Positions 1 to 10,981 of a DNA stretch of 31,624 bases are shown piece by piece. The stretch's first letter is position 1, and each line of letters opens with the position of its first letter. Below the pieces are notes generated by a model. That model was not told the DNA's origin. It made no database searches and saw only the letters and a program-made list of their open reading frames with translations. The stretch comes from Kofleriaceae bacterium (GTDB lineage Bacteria; Myxococcota_A; Polyangia; Haliangiales; Haliangiaceae): NCBI GenBank assembly GCA_046597055.1, contig JBKJLC010000019.1:1-31624 (forward strand), in the 5' to 3' direction. The position numbers were made by a program, and so were the translations under genes.

Positions 1-1
1 C

Positions 2-115
2 GAGCTGCGCGGTGCGGCCACGCCAGCGTGGCCGAGCACGCCCGAGCCAATCGACTACGTCGCGCTGGTCGACGCGGAGCACGTCGCGCGGCGCGAGAAG
101 CGCCGCGCGCGCTGA
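2..115 (+). CDS. 3' end of a CDS entering from outside the window (…ELRGAATPAWPSTPEPIDYVALVDAEHVARREKRRAR*)
   Basis: Open frame from position 2 with GC3-rich codons ending at TGA 113-115; function cannot be assigned. Confidence 0.5.
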   Translation, partial: ELRGAATPAWPSTPEPIDYVALVDAEHVARREKRRAR

Positions 116-221
116 CCCCTCGTTACTCGCAGTGGCCGGGGCCGGTCACGCCGTTGTGGTAGGCATCGAGGGTGGCGGCGAGCGCGATCATCTCCGCGCG
201 CGCCGTCGACCCGCAGCCGCA

Positions 222-944
222 TCAGTCGTGCGCCGGCCGCGCCCGCTGGCTTCCGGCGTAGGCCGCCGGACGGATCGCGTGCACCAGCCCGCTCGGGACG
301 ATGCCGCGCCCGGCCCGGAACGGATCGAACCGCAGCGCAGCCTGGTCGATGTCGACCACCTGGTCGAGCCCGACGTGCGCGATCGGGTGCCAGGTGCGGG
401 TGAACACCGGCCGGGTCGACAGCTGCCAGCCGGCGTCGCCGGCCGCCACCTCGTCGCGCAGGCGCTGGTCGCGTTCACCACCGGCGCCGTCGCGTCGGCT
501 CGGCCCGGCCGCGGGCTCGAGCAAGAACTTCATGCGACCCACGCCTTCGACCTCGAACGGCGACACCGCCCAGTAGCGGTTGCCGAGGTAGTCCCCGGTG
601 TCGGTCGCGAGCGGCGCGAACGGCATCGTGACCGGGCTACGGATCGTGGCGAACAGCAGGTCCTGGTCGTCCTCGAAGCGGAGCGCGACGCCGAGGACGT
701 CGAACCAGCGTGGCTGCCCCTTCCACAGCGCCGCCGAGCACCGCGCCAGCACCGGCCCCGCCAGCCGCTGGCCGAGCGCCTCGAACGGTCCGCCGACGAC
801 CGGCGTGACCTCGCCGGTGCACACGATGCCTTGCGGGTGAAACATGCGCGCCTGCCGCGCCTTGCTGATCGCCGCCGTCAGCGGCGCCCACGACGCGCCG
901 ATCAGGTGGCCAACACGCTCGCGAGCCCCGAGGAGGAATGACAT
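222..944 (-). CDS. Catalase-related (mini-catalase/peroxidase-like) haem protein, 240 aa
   Basis: RMFHPQG resembles the catalase distal-His motif (RxxHxKG); C-terminal IRPAAYAGSQRAR resembles the proximal-Tyr motif RxxxYxxSQxxR. Confidence 0.65.
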   Translation of the reverse strand: MSFLLGARERVGHLIGASWAPLTAAISKARQARMFHPQGIVCTGEVTPVVGGPFEALGQRLAGPVLARCSAALWKGQPRWFDVLGVALRFEDDQDLLFATIRSPVTMPFAPLATDTGDYLGNRYWAVSPFEVEGVGRMKFLLEPAAGPSRRDGAGGERDQRLRDEVAAGDAGWQLSTRPVFTRTWHPIAHVGLDQVVDIDQAALRFDPFRAGRGIVPSGLVHAIRPAAYAGSQRARPAHD

Positions 945-981
945 CCCGGAGTGTGACCGGGCAGCGCGGAAGGGCTACCGG

Positions 982-1941
982 TCAGAAGCCGCCGCCGCTG
1001 GGGACGTCCGTGCACTGGAACAGCCCGGCGTTGGTGGCCGGGTACCGGTAGAGCCCAGTGAAGCACATCTCGGTGTCCGAGCTGTCCCCGAAGCCCACCG
1101 CGCTGTCGCTCTTGTTGAGGTAGCTGCAGGTCACGCGGATCTGGTCGCCGGCCTGGACCTGCACCATCGGATCCTTGCGGTAGTAGTGCTGCTCGAGGAA
1201 CGTGTAGGCGCCGTCGTAGAGCACCTGGGTCTCGCTGCCGCGAATCAGCTCGAGCTTGGAGTGGCGGGCCCACTGGTGCATATGGGGCCACACCGCGAAC
1301 AGCGTGTACGGCGCCTGCACGGTGCAACCACCAACGACGGTCTCGGGGATGTCGTCGTTGTCGACGGGGATGCTGAAGTTCAGCCGTCCCGCGAACACGT
1401 TCTCGGCCAGCATCGGGGGCGCGGTCGGCTGCGACTTCACCAGGATCCCGGAGTCGCCAGTGATCGGGCTGTCGCTCGCGTTGTAGAGGTGCAGGTTGAG
1501 GTGGATCTGCTCGCCGGCGGCGATCTTGACGCCGACCCCGGGCGGGAAGTCGAGCGCCGGCGTGCCCACCCCCGAGGCGAAGAGCATCTTCAGGCCAAGC
1601 GTGCCGACGCCGCAGTCGTACTCGCCGTCGGGCCCGCGCGTGCTGTTGGTGTTGGCGATCGAGAGCACCGTGTGGTGCGTGCCCTGCGGCGCCTCCGCCA
1701 GGATGTTGGTGATGTACGTGTCGGCGGCCACCGTGACGCGCATGCACTTGTACGTGTCGCGCGCGCCCGCCGGCAGGGTCCAGGTCCGCCCGATCAGGCG
1801 GGCGTAGTCGGCGGGGATCGCCGCGTCGGCGCTGGTGCCGCTCGCGTCGACGGGCGTGTCGCCGTCGCCCCCTCCACCGCACCCCGTCACCGCCACCGCC
1901 ACCGTCGAAACGAGCAACCGGACGACCAGGGGAAACTTCAT
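982..1941 (-). CDS. Lipoprotein with copper type II ascorbate-dependent monooxygenase (PHM/DBH-like) domains
   Basis: Lipobox VAVTGC then Gly linker; candidate CuH ligands THH and LNLHLYN; CuM ligands WPHMH and TEMC. Confidence 0.8.
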   Translation of the reverse strand: MKFPLVVRLLVSTVAVAVTGCGGGGDGDTPVDASGTSADAAIPADYARLIGRTWTLPAGARDTYKCMRVTVAADTYITNILAEAPQGTHHTVLSIANTNSTRGPDGEYDCGVGTLGLKMLFASGVGTPALDFPPGVGVKIAAGEQIHLNLHLYNASDSPITGDSGILVKSQPTAPPMLAENVFAGRLNFSIPVDNDDIPETVVGGCTVQAPYTLFAVWPHMHQWARHSKLELIRGSETQVLYDGAYTFLEQHYYRKDPMVQVQAGDQIRVTCSYLNKSDSAVGFGDSSDTEMCFTGLYRYPATNAGLFQCTDVPSGGGF

Positions 1942-1998
1942 GGACGCGGAGCATACGCGATCTGGCGCGCGGCTCGCTTATCGCTATCATCGGGGTCG

Positions 1999-2514
1999 GT
2001 GGGGGCCGAGCTGAAGAACGTGATCGTGTTCGCACTGAGCGGGGTGCGACATGCCGCCGAGCTGCGCTGGGTGCGAGAAGTGATCACACTCGGCTTCGTC
2101 ACGGAAATCCCGACCGCGCCGCGCGGGCTGTCCGGTGCGGTCAACCTGCGGGGCAACCTGGTCCCGGTCCTCGATATCGGGGCCTTGAGCGGCGGCCCGC
2201 CCGGCCCGGCCCCGCGGCAGGGTGACGGCGCGCTGCTGGTCGAGCTCGACGGGGTGACCGCCGCGCTCCGGGTCGACAAGGTCGACGAGGTCGCGACGCT
2301 GCACCCGACCGTCGACGGCACCGGCGTCATCGACGGCCGCGGGCGAACCATCCCGCTGGTCGACCCGCCCGCGGTGCTGCGGCGCGCGGTCGCCGACTCG
2401 CAAGCGATGCGCGGCGACGACACCGAGGTCAGCCTCGATCGGGCGCGGCCGGCGCAGGATCCCACCACCGGCGCCAAGCTGCCGGTCGGGCTCGAGGACC
2501 TGACCCTTGCCTGA
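1999..2514 (+). CDS. cheW: CheW-like coupling protein
   Basis: VREVI…TEIPTAP…GAVNLRGNLVPVLD…LRVDKVDEV CheW pattern; only the 3' part of ORF 844..2514 is real; GTG start 8 nt after TATCAT. Confidence 0.85.
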   Translation: MGAELKNVIVFALSGVRHAAELRWVREVITLGFVTEIPTAPRGLSGAVNLRGNLVPVLDIGALSGGPPGPAPRQGDGALLVELDGVTAALRVDKVDEVATLHPTVDGTGVIDGRGRTIPLVDPPAVLRRAVADSQAMRGDDTEVSLDRARPAQDPTTGAKLPVGLEDLTLA

Positions 2515-4843
2515 CGATCGCGACCGCGACGTGCTGGTCGACTTCGATCCCGACGAGCTTGCCCTGCTCCGCCAGCTGTTCCGGGACGAGGTCCACGACG
2601 CGCTCGAGCTGGTGACCATGCGCGCGCAGGCCGCCGGCACCACCGAGCCGGTGGCCGACGCGGTCCGCGAGATGATGCGGATGACCCACACCCTCAAGGG
2701 CGCCGCCGGCACCGTCGGGCTCGGCGAGGTGGTCGACTTCGCGCACCGCCTCGAGGGCTCGCTGGCCGCGGTCCGCAGCGGCCAGCGGCCATGGACCCCG
2801 GCGTTCGCCGAGGCAGTGATCGAGATCGCCGATGCGATCCGCAGCTACGTCGACGCGTTCGGCGACCGGGGCCGCGCCAACCTGCTGGCGACCCGGGTCA
2901 TCGAGCTGCTGGTGCCGTGGACCGAGCCGGCCCGGACCCGGCGCGCCGACAGCGGGCCGATCCCGCGCCTGGTCGCAACGCCGGAGTCGCCCACCGAGGC
3001 GAGCCGCACGATCCAGCTGCCGGTCGACCTCACCAGCGACGGCACCGTGGTCGACGATCACGACGCCTCGGCCACCGCCAACCTGCCGGCCCAGGACCCG
3101 TCGACCGGCTACGACGGCCGGACCTTCCTGCGGGTCGAGCCCGAGCGGGTCGACGAGCTGATGTCGTCGGCGGGCGAGCTGCTGTTCGATCGCAACCGGA
3201 TCGAGCGCCGGGTCCAGCTGCTGCGCACGCTCACCCGCGATCTGGGCCGGGTCCGGCAGGAGCTGCGCGACGACCTCGGCGGCCTGCGCCTGGCGACCAC
3301 CGAGAGCCTGCGCTCCGAGCTCGAGGACCGCATGCGCAGCCTCGAGGCGCAGATCGCGACCCTGACCACGCAGCTCGCGCAGACCACCGCCGCGCTGCTC
3401 GACGAGACCGAGGCGATGCGCCGCAACCTCGGCGAGCTGCAGCGCGGCCTGACCCGGGTCCGCATGCAGACCGCCCGGGCCCTGTTCGTGCAGCTGGCCC
3501 GCGCGCTGCGCGCCGCCGCTCGCACCGCCGGCGCCAAGGTCGAGCTGCGCACCCGCGGCGAGGACACCGAGTTCGACAAGGCGGTCGCCGAGCGCATCAC
3601 CGACCCGCTGATCCAGCTGCTGCGCAACGCGGTCGTCCACGGCGTCGAGCCGCCGGCCGAGCGGGTCCTGCGCGGCAAGCCGGCCACCGGCACCATCCGG
3701 GTCGCTGCCCGTCAGGAGGGCAACCTGGTCGTGCTCGAGGTCGCCGACGACGGCCGCGGCGTCGACGTGAAGAAGCTGCGCGAGCGCTTCGTCGAGAGCG
3801 GCCGCTGGAGCCGGGCCCGCGCCGAGCTGGCCAGCGACGACGACGTGCTCCACGCGCTGTTCGACACCGGGGTGTCGTCGCGCGACGAGGCCGACGAGCT
3901 ATCGGGCCGCGGCATCGGCCTCGACCTGGTCCGCGAGACCATCGCGCGCCTGGGCGGCGAGATCCGCATGACCTCGATGCCGGGCCGCGGCACCACCTTC
4001 ACGATGCGGCTGCCGGTCTCGACCGCGGTCACCCAGGCGATGCTGTTCAAGGTCCACGGCCAGGTCTACGCGCTGCCCAACATTCATGTGGTCGAGACCA
4101 CGTCGGTCGACGCCGGGCTGACCAGCTGGCCGGCCGGCCTTGGCGGGGTGCCGGTGGTGCGGCTCGAGCACCTGCTGGCGGTGCCGTCGGTGCCGATCCC
4201 GGAGCCACCGCCGGCGCGCCGGGTCGGGGTGGTCGTGACCTACGCTGGCGCCCGCTTCGTGTGCACGGTCGACAAGCTGGTCGGCCCGCGCGAGATCGTC
4301 GTGAAGCAGCTCGGGCCGCTGCTCGCACCGCTGCCGCTGTTCGCGGGCGCGACCATCAGCGGCTCGGGGAAGGTCCAGCTCATCCTCGATCCAGCGGCGC
4401 TGGCCCGGGCCGCCTACCCGACCCAGCCGGTCGCGCTGCCGACCGCGCCCGAGGCCGCGCCTGACGCGCTGGCCGGCCGGGCCCTGGTCGTCGACGACTC
4501 ACGCGCGATCCGTGAGGCGCTGACGTCGATGCTCGCCCGTGAAGGCTGGATCGTCGACGTCGCCGAGGACGGCGCCCGCGGCTGGGCGCTCGCCCAGCAG
4601 CTGCCCTACGACCTGGTCGTCACCGACCTCGAGATGCCGCGGATGGGCGGCTTCGAGCTGATCGCCCGGCTGCGCAACGAGAGCCGCACGCGCGGCACCC
4701 AGGTGGTGATCGTGTCGTCGCGGGTCTCACCCGAGGCGCGCCGCCGCGCCCGCGAGCTCGGCGTGAAGGGCCTCGTCGCCAAGCCGCTGACGCGGCGCAA
4801 GCTGCTCGAGGTGCTCTACGCCGACACGACCCCCAAGCCCTGA
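2507..4843 (+). CDS. cheA: Hybrid CheA-like histidine kinase (Hpt, dimerisation, HATPase, CheW, receiver)
   Basis: Hpt MTHTLKGAAG; LRNAVVHGVE; DDGRG; SGRGIGLD; GRGTTF; CheW domain; REC VVDD…VTDLEMP…AKP; overlaps the cheW stop. Confidence 0.92.
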   Translation: MPDDRDRDVLVDFDPDELALLRQLFRDEVHDALELVTMRAQAAGTTEPVADAVREMMRMTHTLKGAAGTVGLGEVVDFAHRLEGSLAAVRSGQRPWTPAFAEAVIEIADAIRSYVDAFGDRGRANLLATRVIELLVPWTEPARTRRADSGPIPRLVATPESPTEASRTIQLPVDLTSDGTVVDDHDASATANLPAQDPSTGYDGRTFLRVEPERVDELMSSAGELLFDRNRIERRVQLLRTLTRDLGRVRQELRDDLGGLRLATTESLRSELEDRMRSLEAQIATLTTQLAQTTAALLDETEAMRRNLGELQRGLTRVRMQTARALFVQLARALRAAARTAGAKVELRTRGEDTEFDKAVAERITDPLIQLLRNAVVHGVEPPAERVLRGKPATGTIRVAARQEGNLVVLEVADDGRGVDVKKLRERFVESGRWSRARAELASDDDVLHALFDTGVSSRDEADELSGRGIGLDLVRETIARLGGEIRMTSMPGRGTTFTMRLPVSTAVTQAMLFKVHGQVYALPNIHVVETTSVDAGLTSWPAGLGGVPVVRLEHLLAVPSVPIPEPPPARRVGVVVTYAGARFVCTVDKLVGPREIVVKQLGPLLAPLPLFAGATISGSGKVQLILDPAALARAAYPTQPVALPTAPEAAPDALAGRALVVDDSRAIREALTSMLAREGWIVDVAEDGARGWALAQQLPYDLVVTDLEMPRMGGFELIARLRNESRTRGTQVVIVSSRVSPEARRRARELGVKGLVAKPLTRRKLLEVLYADTTPKP

Positions 4844-4877
4844 CCCACGCGGCGCCGGCACGCGGCCATGCCTGTGA

Positions 4878-5210
4878 CGAAAGCGCTCCCTTTTTCCGGT
4901 GGCCCCGAGCCGGCGCGAAGCGCCGTGTCGAAGGGCAGCGCTCAGGATCCCGCACATCTTTCCCGGTGTCCCTGAGCCAGGGCGAGCGCAAGCGAGCCCG
5001 CCGCCTCCGGGCAGCCCGTCGAAGATCACGTGCGGCACCTTGGCGCCCTGCCCTTCGACACGGCGCCTGCGGCGCCGGCTCAGGGCCACCGGGAAAGGCA
5101 ACGCTCTCGGTCACCTGGCGAGTTGTGATCAATGCCGAGGCGGGCCCTTCGGCGCCGGGCTCGCAACGAGCCCTTCGCTCAGGGACACCGGAAAGATGTG
5201 CGGGATCCTG
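4878..5210. repeat. Palindromic REP/REPIN-like repeat cluster between convergent cheA and rnr
   Basis: 4893-4938 is an inverted repeat of 5048-5096; 4943-4977 is an inverted repeat of 5177-5210; 5048-5092 is identical (45 bp) to 31580-31624. Confidence 0.9.
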
Positions 5211-5242
5211 GGGGCAGCGCGGCGAGGTGACGGGGTTTGCGA

Positions 5243-7927
<2,685 letters not shown>

Positions 7928-7942
7928 TGCAAGTTGCTCATT

Positions 7943-9262
7943 TCACTTCAAGGCGCGGAGGACGCCGTCGTCCCCCGCGAGGTAGATGGTTCCGTCGGCG
8001 GCGATCGCCGGCGTGGAGTCGACATCGCCACCGGTCGCGACGTGCCAGAGCAGCACGCCGTCGGCGGCGACGGCATAGAGGTGATCGTCCTGCGACCCGA
8101 TCAGGATGATCCCGTTCTGGGCAACGGTGGGCGCCGCGTGGATCTTGTCGGCGGTCGCGAGCCGCCAGCGGATCTGGCCGTCGGGTGAAACCGCGTAGAG
8201 GTTCTGGTCGTAGCTGCCGACGTAGAGGGTGCCGTCACGGCCAAGCGCGGCCGCACCGCGGACGTCGCCGCCGGTGAGCAGCTTCCACGCGACCGTGCCG
8301 TCGGGTCCGATCGCATAGAGCGCGTCATCGTCGCTGCCGACGTAGACGCGGCCGTTCTCGCCGACCACCGGCGCGGTGTCGATGTCGCCGCCGGCGCGCA
8401 GTTCCCACCGCTTGGTGCCGTCAGGCGCGAGCGCATAGACGGCGTCGTCCTGGCTGCCGGCGAACAAGCCGGCAGCGGTCACCGCAGGTGCGGTCGACAC
8501 GTGCTCGCCGGTCGCGAACCGCCAGCGCAGGGTGCCGTCGCCCCACACCGCGTGGACACCGTCGCCGCCGAGGTAGATCGTACCGTCGGGGCCGATCACC
8601 GGGCCGCCGTCGGCGTCACAGCGCGAGCCCTCGGGGCCGAAGCCCTTCGGGTCGCACGCGCCGATGCGCAGCTTCCACTTCAGGGCGCCGGCCGCGGTCA
8701 CCGCGTACAGATGGTCGTCGTCGCTGCCGACGTAGATGGTGCCGTCCTCGGCGATCGCCGGCGTGCTCCACGACCGCTCGCTCATCGCGAACTTCCACCG
8801 CAGGGTGCCGGCGGGGTCGACCGCGTACAGCACGCCGTCATGGGCCGCGACGAAGACGGTGCCATCGGGACCGATCACGGGTCCGCCGGTCACGGGACCG
8901 CCCAGCGTGAGCTTCCAGCGCTCCTTGGGCTTGGTCCGCGGGGCCGGGCCCCCGGCGCGACCGCGATGGGCGGCATCGCCGCCCAGCATCGCGAACGGGC
9001 GCGGGCCGGCGACCAGCGCGACCGGATCCACCGCGCCGGTCACCGGGTCGCCGCCGCCCCCTCCCGCGCCGCGCAGGCTCGCGGGCGACGACGGCTCGAC
9101 ACAGCCCCCGGCCACGCAGATCCGGCTGCCCTTGCAGTCGGCATCCTTGCCGCAAGGGCTGCTCGCCGAGCGGGTCGTCCCCGAGCAACCGACACCAGCG
9201 ATCACCGAGACGACGCTCGCGATCCACGCGAGGGCCGCGCGCGGGCCCATCGAGACGTTCAC
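7943..9262 (-). CDS. PQQ-like beta-propeller repeat lipoprotein (BamB-like repeats) with a small Cys-rich N-terminal module
   Basis: Lipobox AGVGC; CGKDADCKGSRICVAGGC; about 8 repeats of PAIxxDGTIYVGSxDxxLYAVxxDGxxxW; start could be 9268, 9262 or 9250. Confidence 0.85.
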   Translation of the reverse strand: MNVSMGPRAALAWIASVVSVIAGVGCSGTTRSASSPCGKDADCKGSRICVAGGCVEPSSPASLRGAGGGGGDPVTGAVDPVALVAGPRPFAMLGGDAAHRGRAGGPAPRTKPKERWKLTLGGPVTGGPVIGPDGTVFVAAHDGVLYAVDPAGTLRWKFAMSERSWSTPAIAEDGTIYVGSDDDHLYAVTAAGALKWKLRIGACDPKGFGPEGSRCDADGGPVIGPDGTIYLGGDGVHAVWGDGTLRWRFATGEHVSTAPAVTAAGLFAGSQDDAVYALAPDGTKRWELRAGGDIDTAPVVGENGRVYVGSDDDALYAIGPDGTVAWKLLTGGDVRGAAALGRDGTLYVGSYDQNLYAVSPDGQIRWRLATADKIHAAPTVAQNGIILIGSQDDHLYAVAADGVLLWHVATGGDVDSTPAIAADGTIYLAGDDGVLRALK

Positions 9263-9297
9263 CAGCACAACCTACCAGCCCATCGAAACCGCGACAG

Positions 9298-9573
9298 CTA
9301 CGCCTTGGCGAGATCGTTCGAGAATCGTTCGGCGAGCTTCTCGAAGTAGCGCCGGGTCTCTTCCAGGATCGCCGGATCCTGGTCGGGGTACATGCGGATC
9401 CCGTGCGAGCCGCAGGGGTCGGTCGTCACCGGACCGACCGGCAAGCCACCGACGATCCCCGTCCGCTCGTGATAGAGCAGCGCGAGCACCTCGGAGTGAT
9501 TTTCGGGAACCAGGAACGTGCGGCGCCCCAGCTCGGGCTTGCCGTCCTTGAACCCATCGATCAGCTTGGCCAT
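9298..9573 (-). CDS. Hypothetical protein, 91 aa
   Basis: ATG start, genome-typical codon usage, protein-like composition, TAAGCT -10-like hexamer upstream. Confidence 0.7.
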   Translation of the reverse strand: MAKLIDGFKDGKPELGRRTFLVPENHSEVLALLYHERTGIVGGLPVGPVTTDPCGSHGIRMYPDQDPAILEETRRYFEKLAERFSNDLAKA

Positions 9574-9676
9574 GAACTGGGGCGGAGCTTATCGCCGAGA
9601 CGGGGGGATGCAAAAGGGTTGTTGCGCACTCGGTGCGGGTTGCTTGCCCCGCGCGCCCGGTGTCATCGTACCAGCC

Positions 9677-10981
9677 GTGAACGTCGAGTTCTGGTTCGAC
9701 TTCTCGTGCCCGTACGCCTATCTGGCCTCGCAGGCGGTCGAGGAGATCTGCGCGCAGGCCGGCGCGACGCTGCAGCTGCGCCCGATGCTCCTCGGCGGCG
9801 TGTTCCGCGCGACCGGGGCCGGCGACGGTCCGATGGCGACGCTGACGCCGCGTCGGGCCCTCAACAACAGCCGCGACATGCACCGGTGGGCCGAGTGGCG
9901 GGGCGTCACGCTCCGGATTCCCGCGGCCCATCCCATCCGCACGGTCCGGGCGCTCCGGACCCTGCTCGGCCTGCCCGAGGCGCGCTGGCCGGCCGCGATG
10001 CACGCGCTCTACGCCGCCTACTGGCAGGCCGGCGCCGATATCACCGACGACGCGGTCATCGCGGCGGCGCTCACCGTCGCCGGCGTGCCCGCGGCCGAAC
10101 AAGACGCCGCCCGCCGCGGGGCCGACACCGACGCGGTCAAGGACGACCTGCGCCGCCGCACCGACGAGGCGGTCGCGCTCGGGATCTTCGGCGCCCCCGC
10201 GATGGTCGTGCGTCGGCCCGACGGGCCGGTGCTGCTGTGGGGGCAGGATCGCCTGCACTGGCTGGCCGCCGTGCTCGCCGGCTGGGATCCCGAGCGCGGC
10301 TCGCCCGCCGCCGTGGTGAGCGCCCAGCCCCACCCGCGGCTCGAGCGCCTCGCGCCGGACGCACCCGGCCTGCCGCTCGACTTCTGGTTCGACTACGCGT
10401 CGCCGTTCGCGTACCTCGGCGCGACCCAGATCGCCAGGATCGCCCGCGCCGCTGGCACCACCGTGCGCTGGCGTCCGATGCTGCTCGGCGCGCTGTTCCG
10501 GGAGGTCGGCAGCCCCGACGTCCCGCTGTTCGGGTTGCCGCCGGCGAAGCGCGCGTTCGTCGCGCGCGAGCTCACCTGGTGGGCGCGCTGGTGGGGCGTC
10601 GACTTCCGCTTCAACACCAGGTTCCCCGTGCGCACCGTGAACGCGCTGCGGGTGACCCTGCTCGCCGGCGAGCATCAGGAGGCGCTGATCGCCCGCATCT
10701 TCCGCGCGATCTGGGTCGACGATCACGACGTCACCGATCCCGAGGTGCTGCGCGGCCTGTGCGCCGAGGTCGGCGTGGATCCGGCCGTGGTCGACCGCAC
10801 CAGCGAGCCCGCCGTCAAGCAGGTGCTCGTCGACCAGACCGCGGCCGCGGTGAAGGCTGGCGTGTTCGGCGCGCCGACCGCGATCGTCCACGGCGCCAAC
10901 GGACCGCTGCTGTTCTGGGGCCAGGATCGTCTCGACCTGGTCGCCGCGGCGCTCCGCGGCTGGCGCCCGACGGTCGGTTGA
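9677..10981 (+). CDS. Tandem two-domain 2-hydroxychromene-2-carboxylate isomerase / GST-kappa (DsbA-like) protein
   Basis: Two full copies: FWFDFSCPYAYL…RPMLLGGVF…GIFGAP…WGQDRL and FWFDYASPFAYL…RPMLLGALF…GVFGAP…FWGQDRL. Confidence 0.88.
   Translation: MNVEFWFDFSCPYAYLASQAVEEICAQAGATLQLRPMLLGGVFRATGAGDGPMATLTPRRALNNSRDMHRWAEWRGVTLRIPAAHPIRTVRALRTLLGLPEARWPAAMHALYAAYWQAGADITDDAVIAAALTVAGVPAAEQDAARRGADTDAVKDDLRRRTDEAVALGIFGAPAMVVRRPDGPVLLWGQDRLHWLAAVLAGWDPERGSPAAVVSAQPHPRLERLAPDAPGLPLDFWFDYASPFAYLGATQIARIARAAGTTVRWRPMLLGALFREVGSPDVPLFGLPPAKRAFVARELTWWARWWGVDFRFNTRFPVRTVNALRVTLLAGEHQEALIARIFRAIWVDDHDVTDPEVLRGLCAEVGVDPAVVDRTSEPAVKQVLVDQTAAAVKAGVFGAPTAIVHGANGPLLFWGQDRLDLVAAALRGWRPTVG

Noticed and set aside
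844..1998. N-terminal 385 aa of ORF 844..2514 as a CheW fusion, and similarly 9403..10980 as a YhhN extension
   Set aside because: These parts overlap real genes on the other strand or frame; the true starts are 1999 and 10981
7943..8900. Internal DNA repeats in the PQQ-repeat gene
   Set aside because: Explained by beta-propeller blade repeats
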